DNA of 64,000 nucleotides from Candidatus Nomurabacteria bacterium (lineage in GTDB: Bacteria > Patescibacteriota > Minisyncoccia > Phycocordibacterales > UBA9973), in the NCBI GenBank assembly GCA_023898605.1, contig CP060230.1, positions 530,444-594,443 on the forward strand, read 5' to 3'. Under the pieces are notes generated by a model. The model searched no databases. It saw only the letters and a list, made by a program, of their open reading frames with translations, and was not told where the DNA came from. A program made the translations under genes and the position numbers. Numbering within the stretch: position 1 is the first letter of the stretch; every line of letters begins with the position of its first letter. Positions 1-8,422 of this stretch are shown piece by piece.

Positions 1-2
1 TC

Positions 3-305
3 ATGAATCACCTCACTGACGAAGATCATGACAAGTATCTCTCTGAAGTTAATAGGGTTTTGAAAACAGGAGGACATTTCTTGCTTTTTGTTTTGTCCAA
101 AGAAACTGCAAAATACTTAAACCACTTCCCTTCACAAGAAGAAGGAAATCATTTTGAGTTTCATGACACTCATTATCACTTTTTTACAAAATCAGACCTT
201 GAAAAAATGCTTTCAAAATATTTTGAAATAATAGATTACAAAAGTCTTCCAAGTCTCGGACAAGAAAAAGCAACGTTTCATAGATTTGTTCTGAAAAAAA
301 TATAA
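3..305 (+). CDS. C-terminal fragment of a class I SAM-dependent methyltransferase (5' end outside the window)
   Basis: The translation VLKTGGHFLLFVLSKE fits the MTase post-motif region. The ORF runs off the window start and is followed by a hairpin terminator at 315-337. Confidence 0.45.
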   Translation: MNHLTDEDHDKYLSEVNRVLKTGGHFLLFVLSKETAKYLNHFPSQEEGNHFEFHDTHYHFFTKSDLEKMLSKYFEIIDYKSLPSLGQEKATFHRFVLKKI

Positions 306-340
306 AAAACAAAACCCCGCACACGGCGGGGTTTTTACCA
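305..340. terminator. Bidirectional rho-independent terminator
   Basis: Hairpin CCCCGC-ACAC-GGCGGGG (315-331) with an A-run on the left and a T-run on the right. It would terminate both the + strand MTase gene and the minus-strand ncRNA candidate. Confidence 0.6.
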
Positions 341-790
341 AAACAGGTTTCCAACGGACGGAGAACCTGTAAAAGGTAGCAACCCATCCGCATTACAACT
401 ATGGCGTTTGTTGTCTCTGGCGGGTTGGGCTGCTTATCTTGCGACAAATAAATGTCGCGAATTTTTAAAAGGAAGGTAGAGGTGCGCAATTCTCCGAGCG
501 CACCTCCTCAACTGCGTGTTGAGCTTACCGAAACCAAAGGACCTTTTTGAGCACAATGCGGCTCCTGGACTGCTATGGATGATGTCCGATGTCCAAACCC
601 TATATAATACAGGCATTAACTGGTTCAATGGAGCGGACCTCAAGGATCCTATGCAACTCCTTCCCAAATACCTGCGTGGGGGTTACTGGTCTTCAAGATT
701 AGATAGAATGCTCAAAAATAATAACACCCTACCACCTTCTTGTTTTCGGCCTTTTTACCTCCTTTTGTTCTCAAGAGAACAGTCGACTTG
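336..790 (-). ncRNA. Candidate structured non-coding RNA, possibly RNase P RNA (rnpB-like)
   Basis: This ~450-nt GC-enriched stretch has no convincing ORF; only short overlapping ORFs appear on both strands. A consensus promoter lies upstream on the minus strand and the terminator at 305-340 lies downstream. The minus strand carries GAGGTCCGCTCCATTG (compare CR-I AAGUCCGGGCUCCAUAG). It also carries GGTAAG...GGTGCGC-loop-GCGCACC (compare GGUAAGGGUGAAAGGGUGCGGUAAGAGCGCACC). Confidence 0.35.
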
Positions 791-796
791 TGATAG

Positions 797-825
797 ATTA
801 TATACCACCTATTTACTTTTGTCAA
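797..825 (-). promoter_or_regulatory. Consensus sigma70-type promoter on the minus strand (TTGACA-17-TATAAT)
   Basis: The minus strand reads cTTGACAaaagtaaataggtggtaTATAATc. The -35 is at 820-825 and the -10 at 797-802, with a 17-bp spacer. It points into the ncRNA candidate. Confidence 0.5.
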
Positions 826-854
826 GTATTTATATTTTGGAATAAAAAGACCCG

Positions 855-1256
855 CTAACTCGCGAGTCTTAGTTTTACATACACTAGACTTCTTATCGGA
901 AATCTCCAGCCAAGCATGTTGTTATCTTCACCAGTAAAAAGATGCTGATGTGTGTTTGGCGGGGCCTTTGCCTGATGTATGTTTATGAGAAGTTCGTTGT
1001 TTTCGATAAACAAAAACATTTCTTCCGAAGAAAACTCTTCCCTTTTCGGTTTACACAAGTGTATGTGTCCACCTACTTTTTGAAGACCAACTTCTTCTAG
1101 AAGTTTCATTATCTTTTGCCAGAATTCCTTGGATTCTTTTTTGGTTAAGTTTTTGGGTTTCGCTATGCGTAGATATCCTTTTTTGCAAAAGGTGTACTTG
1201 ACCTCATTCTTTATGAGCAAATCAAGTATGGATTTCCCTTCTCGGTTCATTTTCAA
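855..1256 (-). CDS. Hypothetical protein; the C-terminal half has a weak YcfA/HicA-like motif (KLLEEVGLQKVGGHIHLCKP)
   Basis: 133-aa ORF. Resemblance to the HicA GSHH region is only approximate. Confidence 0.35.
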   Translation of the reverse strand: MKMNREGKSILDLLIKNEVKYTFCKKGYLRIAKPKNLTKKESKEFWQKIMKLLEEVGLQKVGGHIHLCKPKREEFSSEEMFLFIENNELLINIHQAKAPPNTHQHLFTGEDNNMLGWRFPIRSLVYVKLRLAS

Positions 1257-1331
1257 AAAGAGATTGATTCCCTTTTAGTATATATATACATATCCGTAAA
1301 ATCAAACCTTTTATATGGTAAACTTCTACCA

Positions 1332-1466
1332 TGAGAATCATATCTTGGAACCCCGAACAATCTCTCACAAGTTCGAGATTTTACGGGGCGAGAAGTGGTC
1401 ACTATTTTATTCGCAGCTCAATAAAGTGTTAAAATATTTTTATGTTGAGAATCATATCTTGGAACC
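1332..1466 (-). mobile_element. Small GC-hairpin insertion (copy A) with 21-bp direct target duplication at the 5' end of xth
   Basis: TGAGAATCATATCTTGGAACC occurs at 1332-1352 and again at 1446-1466. The 93-bp insert between them carries TTCTCGCCCCGTA on the minus strand, an inner hairpin and TTGTTCGGGG. The module architecture matches copies at 17297-17400 and 60916-61019. Confidence 0.55.
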
Positions 1467-2278
1467 TAAACGGTATAAGGGCTGTACACAAAAAGGGCTT
1501 ATTTCTACCTCTAATAGAAAAATATGACCCAGACATAATATGTCTACAAGAAACAAAGTCAGAAAAAGATCAGATAGATATAGATTTGCCTTCTTATGAA
1601 GAGTTTTGGAATAGTGCAGAAAAACGCGGTTATAGCGGTACTGCTATATTTGTAAAAAAATCTACAAAACTCCCAAAAACCAAAAAAGTTTTGTTCGACA
1701 TACCAGAAAAAATTGAGAAGAAGTACAAATCACTCAAGGACACATACGGAGATCCAAATCGTGAAGGAAGAGTTATTGCTCTAGAAACAGAAAAGTTTTT
1801 TTTAGTAGATGTATATACTCCAAACGCAAAAGACGATCTTTCGCGCGTCTCTCTCCGACACAACAAGTGGGACCCAGCTTTTCTGGAATATGTAAAAAGT
1901 CTCGCAAATCCTTCGACTGGCTCAGGACAGGGAAAGCCAGTTATATTTTGTGGAGACTTGAATGTTGCTCATACTGAGATAGATCTTGCTCGCCCAAAGC
2001 AAAATGTTGGAAAGAAAGGTTATACAAACGAAGAACGAGAAGGTATAGACAATATAATAGATAGCGGTTTTGTCGACGCGTTTAGAATTTTTGAAAAAAG
2101 TGGTGGACACTATACTTGGTGGAGCCACTTTGCAAAAGCACGCGAGAGAAACGTCGGCTGGAGAATAGACTACTTTTTTGTTTCGAAAAACCTTGTGAGT
2201 AAGGTCAAAGACTGCAAGCACCTTACCGACTATATGGGCTCAGACCATTGCCCGATCATGATAGACATCATGATTTAG
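1442..2278 (+). CDS. xth: Exodeoxyribonuclease III (ExoIII/APE1 family AP endonuclease)
   Basis: The N-terminus MLRIISWNLNGIRA...CLQETK and the C-terminal SDHCPI are typical of the Xth family. The gene has 278 aa. Confidence 0.9.
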   Translation: MLRIISWNLNGIRAVHKKGLFLPLIEKYDPDIICLQETKSEKDQIDIDLPSYEEFWNSAEKRGYSGTAIFVKKSTKLPKTKKVLFDIPEKIEKKYKSLKDTYGDPNREGRVIALETEKFFLVDVYTPNAKDDLSRVSLRHNKWDPAFLEYVKSLANPSTGSGQGKPVIFCGDLNVAHTEIDLARPKQNVGKKGYTNEEREGIDNIIDSGFVDAFRIFEKSGGHYTWWSHFAKARERNVGWRIDYFFVSKNLVSKVKDCKHLTDYMGSDHCPIMIDIMI

Positions 2279-2364
2279 GGACATTGCCCGATCATGCTAG
2301 ACATAAATATATAATTTTGCTCGGAACGCCACTTTTAGCCTTATTTATATGTCTTTTTAATACT

Positions 2365-2393
2365 TGACAAATTGTATTACTATGTGCTATAAT
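2365..2393 (+). promoter_or_regulatory. Sigma70 promoter TTGACA-17-TGcTATAAT
   Basis: -35 at 2365-2370, -10 at 2388-2393 with an extended TG. It sits 40 bp upstream of the lipoprotein gene. The 15-mer tgctataatataagg also occurs at 50472-50486 upstream of the ECF sigma gene. Confidence 0.5.
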
Positions 2394-2435
2394 ATAAGGG
2401 ATAAGTTTAAATTCGAACCTTAAAACAAAAGCGAA

Positions 2436-3242
2436 ATGAAAAGAAACATTTTCTTTCTCGCAATCGTCGCCGTTGCGGCGCTTGCATTTTCTTCCTGTGG
2501 TCAGAAAGACTCTGGCACCACATATTACATGTTCACCGACGTTGACACCTGTGTCATGAGACATTATGAACCGGTCCTCGCACCGATCAATCTCTGCTCT
2601 GGTGGTACCAGCAGGTATCAGAAGGTGGTGGATTATACCACTGTCTACGATACCTGTATCACCAGAAAAAACCTCTGGGTTGCGGTTTACGGTAATGGAT
2701 CTGTTGTGGTTTACGACAACAATCGGAACCCACTGCCTGGAAATGGTAGTGTGGACATAACGAATCCCGGAACTCCCGTTCCTGGAATCGGTTTTGTTCC
2801 TCCAAATCCTGGAGTAAGTGCTCCTGGTTCTGGTTCCGGTGGTGGTGGAAATGAAACATGGAACAAGATCTGGCCATGGCTGATAGCTGCTCTCGTAGCT
2901 GTACTGGCTTGGTCATTCATTTCCCTACGTCATCAGAAAAGCCGTGACGCAGAGCAGCGCCGGCGTCATGCAGATAATGCCGAAGCTGAGCGTTTGCGTT
3001 CCGCAAGGATCACCAACGACCAGGCTGAGGAAAATCTTCGCGCTCAAAGAGCGCGAACCCAACAAGAGGCAGACGATCACGTTTCCCAAAGGAAACTGAA
3101 CGCCATCCTCGCAGTGATGGATAAGGTTCAAAAGGATGGTTCTGACGATCGTGTCACTTACCAAAACGGTGATGAGATATATATCATCGAGTCCAGTGCT
3201 CATCCGGCCAAGGATCCTAATGATGAACCCCAAAAAGACTGA
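2436..3242 (+). CDS. Lipoprotein (signal peptide plus lipobox FSSC), Gly/Pro-rich, with one TM segment and a charged C-terminal region
   Basis: N-terminus MKRNIFFLAIVAVAALAFSSCGQ. The middle section has GSGSGGGG low complexity. Confidence 0.6.
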   Translation: MKRNIFFLAIVAVAALAFSSCGQKDSGTTYYMFTDVDTCVMRHYEPVLAPINLCSGGTSRYQKVVDYTTVYDTCITRKNLWVAVYGNGSVVVYDNNRNPLPGNGSVDITNPGTPVPGIGFVPPNPGVSAPGSGSGGGGNETWNKIWPWLIAALVAVLAWSFISLRHQKSRDAEQRRRHADNAEAERLRSARITNDQAEENLRAQRARTQQEADDHVSQRKLNAILAVMDKVQKDGSDDRVTYQNGDEIYIIESSAHPAKDPNDEPQKD

Positions 3243-3382
3243 TCTCCTTCAGAGGATCAAAGCCCCGAGTAAAATCGGGGCTTTCTTTTATTTAAAATAC
3301 GAAAATCAAACATCATTTATTTTGCAGCAACCTTGTAGAGTTAAATTATAAATTATAAATATAATATTATATTTATAATTTT

Positions 3383-3420
3383 ACATTTATTTAACAACAC
3401 GACCGTGTTGTTAAATAAAT
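3383..3420. promoter_or_regulatory. 38-bp near-perfect palindrome (ATTTATTTAACAACACG-AC-CGTGTTGTTAAATAAAT)
   Basis: 18-2-18 inverted repeat immediately 3' of the PaaX-like gene. It is related to the palindrome at 4025-4062 5' of the same gene and to the ACACG/CGTGT palindromes at 8880-8932. Confidence 0.45.
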
Positions 3421-3442
3421 AAAAAAAAAGATTATTTTTTAA

Positions 3443-4024
3443 TTAACTTAGGTCAAACTTTTTCTTCCAATACTCCTCGTTGTCTATTTTTTCAGCTAAA
3501 ATATAATTTACATTATATCCGAAACCAAACTTATTTTTTGATAAAGATATAAACTCTTCTGCATCATAAGGATATATCCATATACTATTTTGAAACTTTT
3601 GAAAACCAAATTTTTTTAAATTAGTTCTAAACAAATCTCTTTTTGATCTGTTATTTTCGTAAACATCAAAAGAAACCAGTCTCCACTTTTTGTCCCATTT
3701 TTTACTGGTATTTTTATTTGGGAAAATCCCCAGTCTTTCTTTTCCACTTTTTGTTATAATAACTTTTATCTTTTCGCCACTATTTATTTTTTGTAAATAA
3801 CCTTTTTGAATGAGTGAATCAAAAACTTTATTATAACTATTCTTTTTTTGAGGAGTTATATCACCGACTCCTATTTTTTGTAGTATAGATTTTTGAGAAA
3901 AAATCGAGTCTTTTTGGTTTGCGTATAAAATTATTGGGTTTTCATATACAAAGTTTAATACTTTTAAAATATTTTTTCCTAACCTTACTTTTTCAAGTTT
4001 CTTTTTTTCTTTTATCTTTTTCAC
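3443..4024 (-). CDS. PaaX-family-like transcriptional regulator (N-terminal wHTH; C-terminal W-D-K-K-W-R-L-V-S-F-D motif)
   Basis: WDKKWRLVSFDVYENNRSKRDLFRTNLKKFGFQKFQNSIWIYP matches the PaaX signature WDGxWRLVxFxIPE..R..R..L...L..LGF..LQ.SVWI.P. The N-terminus looks like a winged helix. Confidence 0.6.
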   Translation of the reverse strand: MKKIKEKKKLEKVRLGKNILKVLNFVYENPIILYANQKDSIFSQKSILQKIGVGDITPQKKNSYNKVFDSLIQKGYLQKINSGEKIKVIITKSGKERLGIFPNKNTSKKWDKKWRLVSFDVYENNRSKRDLFRTNLKKFGFQKFQNSIWIYPYDAEEFISLSKNKFGFGYNVNYILAEKIDNEEYWKKKFDLS

Positions 4025-4062
4025 TATTTAAATAGTAACACGATCGTATTGTTATTTAAATA
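4025..4062. promoter_or_regulatory. Imperfect ~38-bp palindrome (TATTTAAATAGTAACACGATCGTATTGTTATTTAAATA) directly upstream of the PaaX-like gene
   Basis: It has the same half-site family as 3383-3420 and abuts the start codon. Likely an operator. Confidence 0.4.
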
Positions 4063-4091
4063 TGAATAATTATTGACAAAATATCTATACC

Positions 4092-4325
4092 ATGTTATCT
4101 TACTACCGAACTAAACCCTCGTTTTTTATGATGAAGACTTTGAACTTGAAAGAAAAAGAAGCGCCTATTATTGTTTTTACGGCTGCTTTAGCCCTTTTGG
4201 GCTTCATTCTTTTGTTTTTGAATGCGGTCGAAATCTTTTTTAGCAACTGGCGAGTTGATCTCGCTTTGGTGTATGGATCTATTCCGGCCCACGTATTTCA
4301 GATCCTGAATAAAAGGATCGGTTAA
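4092..4325 (+). CDS. Small membrane protein (hypothetical)
   Basis: One TM helix (IIVFTAALALLGFILLFLNAV). The true start may be the internal Met. A terminator hairpin follows at 4343-4368. Confidence 0.35.
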   Translation: MLSYYRTKPSFFMMKTLNLKEKEAPIIVFTAALALLGFILLFLNAVEIFFSNWRVDLALVYGSIPAHVFQILNKRIG

Positions 4326-4424
4326 AAAACATGAAGAACCAGTGCCCCGCTTTTGTAGTGGGGCTTTTTATTTGTCTTGACAGGATATAGAAAAATTTGT
4401 ATTTTTATAAAAAAGGATTGGACT

Positions 4425-4913
4425 ATGAAAAGAAATCCATTACCGCTTTCGGATTTTGTTTTACAAATATTCCGAGAGAAGTTTCAAGAAATCATCGGAC
4501 AGAAAAAAGTTTGCCCGTACAGGATGAAGAGCTTCATTCGAAATCTCGAAAGTCATATTTCCAAAACGAATCATTTTTCTGGAATTATCGAACTTCGATA
4601 TGAAGCGTGTGTAGTACTTGCGACGGAACTACTCTTCTGGCTTGGTCTTACAAAAAGTCTAAATGACATAGAGCAAATATGTCGACTTTCTGATGATCTG
4701 CCAGAGATCAACTCAACAGCCACCGCAATGTACATAAGGTTCATTGTAGAAAATGGTGGTGAGGAGATATCTCACGAACCAAGAGAGGAGGAGATTCCTT
4801 TTTTGGATAAGCCATGGATTATGGCAAACGGAGATATCATATTCCCATCTCATGTAGAGATTACGGATGATGATCTAAACATTTTTACCTTGATTTCGAA
4901 AAAGTCGGCATGA
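4425..4913 (+). CDS. Hypothetical protein
   Basis: The ORF has an AGGA-like RBS upstream of the ATG at 4425. A hairpin terminator (GTCGGCATGACCGAC + T-run) lies at 4905-4925. Confidence 0.45.
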   Translation: MKRNPLPLSDFVLQIFREKFQEIIGQKKVCPYRMKSFIRNLESHISKTNHFSGIIELRYEACVVLATELLFWLGLTKSLNDIEQICRLSDDLPEINSTATAMYIRFIVENGGEEISHEPREEEIPFLDKPWIMANGDIIFPSHVEITDDDLNIFTLISKKSA

Positions 4914-4975
4914 CCGACTTTTTTATTTGCCTGTTTTTGATTATAGGTGTATAAATAACCAAAACAAATTGAAAT

Positions 4976-5497
4976 TTGAAACAAACTAAACCAAAGACTA
5001 TCTTTTTGACTGTTGTCGTATTGATAGTTTCTTTATTTTTTCTTGCGACTTTGAACAGTCACGTTTTTTGGGGAAAGGTAAGCAATTATGGAGTCTTGAT
5101 GACGCTTTTTGTCTCGACTCTGAACCTGTTTCTCGGGTGGCAAGTTGTGTATCCGTCATATCTTTTTAAAAAAGATTTACCAAAAAAGAAGAGGGTTTAT
5201 ATAACAACAATCTTGTCTATAGTTTTGGTTATTTACGGTCTTCAGTACTTGGATTCTGATGAATCAAGAATAGAAGGAGTGATTTTTGCCATAAGAGATC
5301 TCGGCTTCAACCTTTTTGGTATTAGAGCTGATCATTTCTGGCAAAATATTGCTGACGCTGCAAAAGAGGGATTCCCGTTCATAAAATGGGAGTTTATTTT
5401 GTACAAGGCAAATCTTTCTTTTTGGTTTATAAGATACCTAGTTATCGTAAGACCAAAAGTACAGGAAAAAATGAAGAGAAAAAAGAAACAACCATAG
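4976..5497 (+). CDS. Hypothetical integral membrane protein
   Basis: Several hydrophobic helices. Followed by a terminator hairpin at 5499-5520. Confidence 0.45.
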   Translation: MKQTKPKTIFLTVVVLIVSLFFLATLNSHVFWGKVSNYGVLMTLFVSTLNLFLGWQVVYPSYLFKKDLPKKKRVYITTILSIVLVIYGLQYLDSDESRIEGVIFAIRDLGFNLFGIRADHFWQNIADAAKEGFPFIKWEFILYKANLSFWFIRYLVIVRPKVQEKMKRKKKQP

Positions 5498-5548
5498 ACC
5501 CGTAACCTCGGGTCTTTTATTTTGAAAAATCCCCGCTGTTGCAGGGAT

Positions 5549-5968
5549 TTATTTACATATTTCTTTATAGAGAGGATCGTTCTCGTTCTTGTCTACAAGA
5601 TCAAGCCAACCTTCTCCTTTTATCTCAACAGACCATACTCCGATTCTCAGAGAGAACCTATAGACTCTACCTTTCCAGTTGGTGTATAGAAACTCTTCCC
5701 TTTTGGAAAAGTCTCCCACCACTGATAGGTAATCCGATCCAAAAGCACACGGTTTTTCTGTGCTTATGAAAACAGACGAATCGTTTGGAAGCATGAAGTA
5801 GAATATTCCAGTTACTGGATCAAACTCCCAGTGTATAGTTTTTTCTACTTCTAACATCCAAGCATCTTCGGACTCTATTTCCTTGTCGAAAAGATGCCTA
5901 GCGTCTTCTTGTGCTATCGATATGGTGTTGAGAGAAAGAAAAAGTACAAACATACTCAATCCTCTCAT
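5549..5968 (-). CDS. Secreted hypothetical protein (signal peptide MRGLSMFVLFLSLNTISIAQ)
   Basis: N-terminal signal peptide in a 139-aa ORF. Confidence 0.45.
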   Translation of the reverse strand: MRGLSMFVLFLSLNTISIAQEDARHLFDKEIESEDAWMLEVEKTIHWEFDPVTGIFYFMLPNDSSVFISTEKPCAFGSDYLSVVGDFSKREEFLYTNWKGRVYRFSLRIGVWSVEIKGEGWLDLVDKNENDPLYKEICK

Positions 5969-6057
5969 TTGTTAATGTTTTTCTCACATTCTCATAATCA
6001 CCATGTTTAGTCAATAAAAAACACCCTCGAGTACAATCGAGGGTGTTTTTTATTGAC

Positions 6058-6717
6058 TTAGTTTGTACTGTTAGACACTCCACCTTTCGATTCCCCTGGT
6101 AGATTGTTTATGAAGTTGTTTAAGCCACTTTCTACGGCACTGTTTACTTCTCCTGTTTGTGAAACGCCAAGGTAACTCTGGAAACTATTGATTGCCGATA
6201 CTGTTTCTCCACCCATTGTTCCTGTTATCGCGTTTTCTGGCAAGAATCCTCTCATCCAAAGAAGCATTTGAGTTGTAATAACTGGATTACTAGAATTTAC
6301 AGAAACTTCTCCCGCTTGGTCTATAGAGATTACAATATCAGTTCCTGTATCTTCTCCATAATATATTTCGCCACCTATATTACAGCCATCTTCTGGAAAA
6401 AGTCCTGCGGGTGTACCGCTGTATGTTTGAGAAGTTCCATCACTAAAGAAGAACGTAACTGTACATCCGCCACTGTAATCAAATTCTGTAGTTGTGTTTA
6501 CTAGGTATTTTTTTAGTTCATTTTGCCCATTACCCATACCTATATTATCTATATTTTTGTTTATAGGTTTTCTGTTTGCTACATCACCCACCTTCCCAGA
6601 AAAGTAGTTGTCTGGTGAGCCTGTATATTTGTTTATAAAGTATCCAGATATCAAGATTAGAACTATAAGGATTACAAGTCTAAGTGATGAATATCTGGGA
6701 TCTTTGAATAAATTCAT
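6058..6717 (-). CDS. Membrane-anchored hypothetical protein (N-terminal TM, Gly/Thr-rich ectodomain)
   Basis: N-terminal segment LRLVILIVLILISGYFINK. A bidirectional terminator lies downstream at 6024-6056. Confidence 0.45.
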   Translation of the reverse strand: MNLFKDPRYSSLRLVILIVLILISGYFINKYTGSPDNYFSGKVGDVANRKPINKNIDNIGMGNGQNELKKYLVNTTTEFDYSGGCTVTFFFSDGTSQTYSGTPAGLFPEDGCNIGGEIYYGEDTGTDIVISIDQAGEVSVNSSNPVITTQMLLWMRGFLPENAITGTMGGETVSAINSFQSYLGVSQTGEVNSAVESGLNNFINNLPGESKGGVSNSTN

Positions 6718-6888
6718 AATTTTTGATTAATTAATTTTAATAATAGTATTTTAACAAGAAATATATTTTATTTATTTACTCGATGTTTCTTGTGTAACTC
6801 TCCTACTTCCGACTCTTCCAACTCGTCTTTTTTACTTTTTCCTTAAATCATTTGCTCTGCAAATGATCGGGCGACTACAAAAATATTT

Positions 6889-8382
6889 CTATTTTTTATT
6901 ACTGACGCTATGTTTCTGATGTAACCTTGTAATTTCATTCTCCTCCAGAATATCTTTTTGTAGTTTAGCCTTTTCACCCAGAGCTTTTAATTCGTCGTCG
7001 TTCATTTTTTCAAACCCTTCGATGCGTTTCACAAGATAATCTATATCGTTTTTGTTTGGATCATCTAGAACTTCTTCTAGAAGTGCATGAAGTATCCAAC
7101 CCATGCGAGGTCCGGGATTCATGCCAAGTTCTTTTATCATGTACTCGCCATCTATTTTTAGCTGTTTCACGCTTATTGGATCACGAAGAACTTCTTCTAT
7201 CATTGCATGGTATTTTCTCAGTCTATAAGGAGCTTCTGTCTTGGCCATACCCACCCTGTCGCACTCGCGTACTTTCATGAGGTCCCATATATTTTCTACC
7301 CCTACGTTTTTGACTATTCTTCTTACAGCAGAAAGAGATATTTTTTCTGTATCTGAAAAGAACATATGGTATCTAACCATTTTCGTTACTTTTTCTGTCA
7401 GATCCTTTGGAAATTTGAGATTTTCCATTATTTTATTTGCCATTCTTGCACCTACAACTTCGTGCCCGTAGAAAGTCGGTTTTCTTCCCCAACCTTTTGG
7501 TTGCCTTTTTGTTCTAGGTTTTCCTATATCGTGAAACAGTGCAGAAAGTCTTATATCAAGAGGCCAGTTTTTTTGACTAGCATGAGACAGTGCCTCAACA
7601 AGGTGTCTAAATACATCGTATTTGTGAGCACCTCCCTGCTCGCAATCCACACCCTCCAGTAGTTCTGGAACTATGTGTTCCAAAAGGTTAGTTTTTTCTA
7701 GAAGCATTATACCCACTTCTGGCTTATCGGACATTATGATTTTTGTAAATTCGTCCCTTATTCTCTCTTTAGAAATGTCCTTTATTGTCCCTGAAAGATC
7801 TATAATCGCATCAAATGTTTCTTGTGAAACAGTAAAACCAAGTTCCGTAGAAAACCTTATAGCCCTTACTATACGAAGAGCGTCTTCAGAAAAACGCTCT
7901 TTTGCACCCCCAACTGTCCTTATTGTCTTGTCTTTTATATCTTCTTGTCCTTTATAAAGGTCAATTAGTTGTCCTTTAGAAATATCATCTGGACTTTCTA
8001 TGTCCGGAGAATATGCAATTGCGTTGATTGTGAAATCTCTTCTAGAAAGATCGTCTTCTAGCTTGTCAGAAAAAGAAACATTGTCTGGGTGCCTTTTGTC
8101 TGTGTACTTCCCTTCTAGTCTATAAGGAGTGACTTCCACCATTTCATAAGTTTCATCATCTTTTGGTATAAAAACAGAAACTGTCCCAAAGTTATTTTCG
8201 TAAACTGTTTTTTCAAAACAAGACGTTATATCTTCTGGTTTTGCATTTGTAGTTATGTCCCAGTCTTTTGGCACCCTATCTATAAGTAGATCTCTCACAC
8301 ATCCACCAACTAGATATGCTTCAAAACCCTTATTTTTTAAGGTTTTTATGACTTCTATTACATATGTTGGTACTTTATTCAT
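6889..8382 (-). CDS. cca: CCA tRNA nucleotidyltransferase / poly(A) polymerase family with HD domain
   Basis: GGCVRDLL nucleotidyltransferase head, an HDIGK HD motif, and a 497-aa length. Confidence 0.85.
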   Translation of the reverse strand: MNKVPTYVIEVIKTLKNKGFEAYLVGGCVRDLLIDRVPKDWDITTNAKPEDITSCFEKTVYENNFGTVSVFIPKDDETYEMVEVTPYRLEGKYTDKRHPDNVSFSDKLEDDLSRRDFTINAIAYSPDIESPDDISKGQLIDLYKGQEDIKDKTIRTVGGAKERFSEDALRIVRAIRFSTELGFTVSQETFDAIIDLSGTIKDISKERIRDEFTKIIMSDKPEVGIMLLEKTNLLEHIVPELLEGVDCEQGGAHKYDVFRHLVEALSHASQKNWPLDIRLSALFHDIGKPRTKRQPKGWGRKPTFYGHEVVGARMANKIMENLKFPKDLTEKVTKMVRYHMFFSDTEKISLSAVRRIVKNVGVENIWDLMKVRECDRVGMAKTEAPYRLRKYHAMIEEVLRDPISVKQLKIDGEYMIKELGMNPGPRMGWILHALLEEVLDDPNKNDIDYLVKRIEGFEKMNDDELKALGEKAKLQKDILEENEITRLHQKHSVSNKK

Positions 8383-8422
8383 TTTTTGTTTTTTCTTGAT
8401 TTCAAGAAAGAGGTTTTATGTG

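Noticed and set aside
336-790. tmRNA or SRP RNA identity for the ncRNA candidate
   Set aside because: No tRNA-like 3' end (GGTTCGAnTCC...CCA) or tag-peptide ORF ending in Ala-Ala-stop, and no SRP domain IV AGCAGCC/GGAA symmetric-loop motif. RNase-P-like motifs fit better.
434-845. Overlapping 77-109-aa ORFs on both strands in the GC-rich segment
   Set aside because: They are mutually overlapping, have no RBS or recognisable protein features, and the region is bracketed by a promoter and terminator on the minus strand. Better explained as an ncRNA locus.
1315-1527. 70-aa ORF spanning both copies of the duplicated xth start
   Set aside because: It is in a different frame from xth and exists only because of the 21-bp duplication; the translated repeat YHENHILEP occurs twice. 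Treated as an artefact of the insertion, not a gene.
3443-4024. A CRISPR-Cas locus suggested by the Cas2-like resemblance of the PaaX C-terminal region
   Set aside because: No repeat-spacer array and no other cas genes anywhere in the window. The protein has an N-terminal wHTH and the PaaX signature, so it is a regulator.
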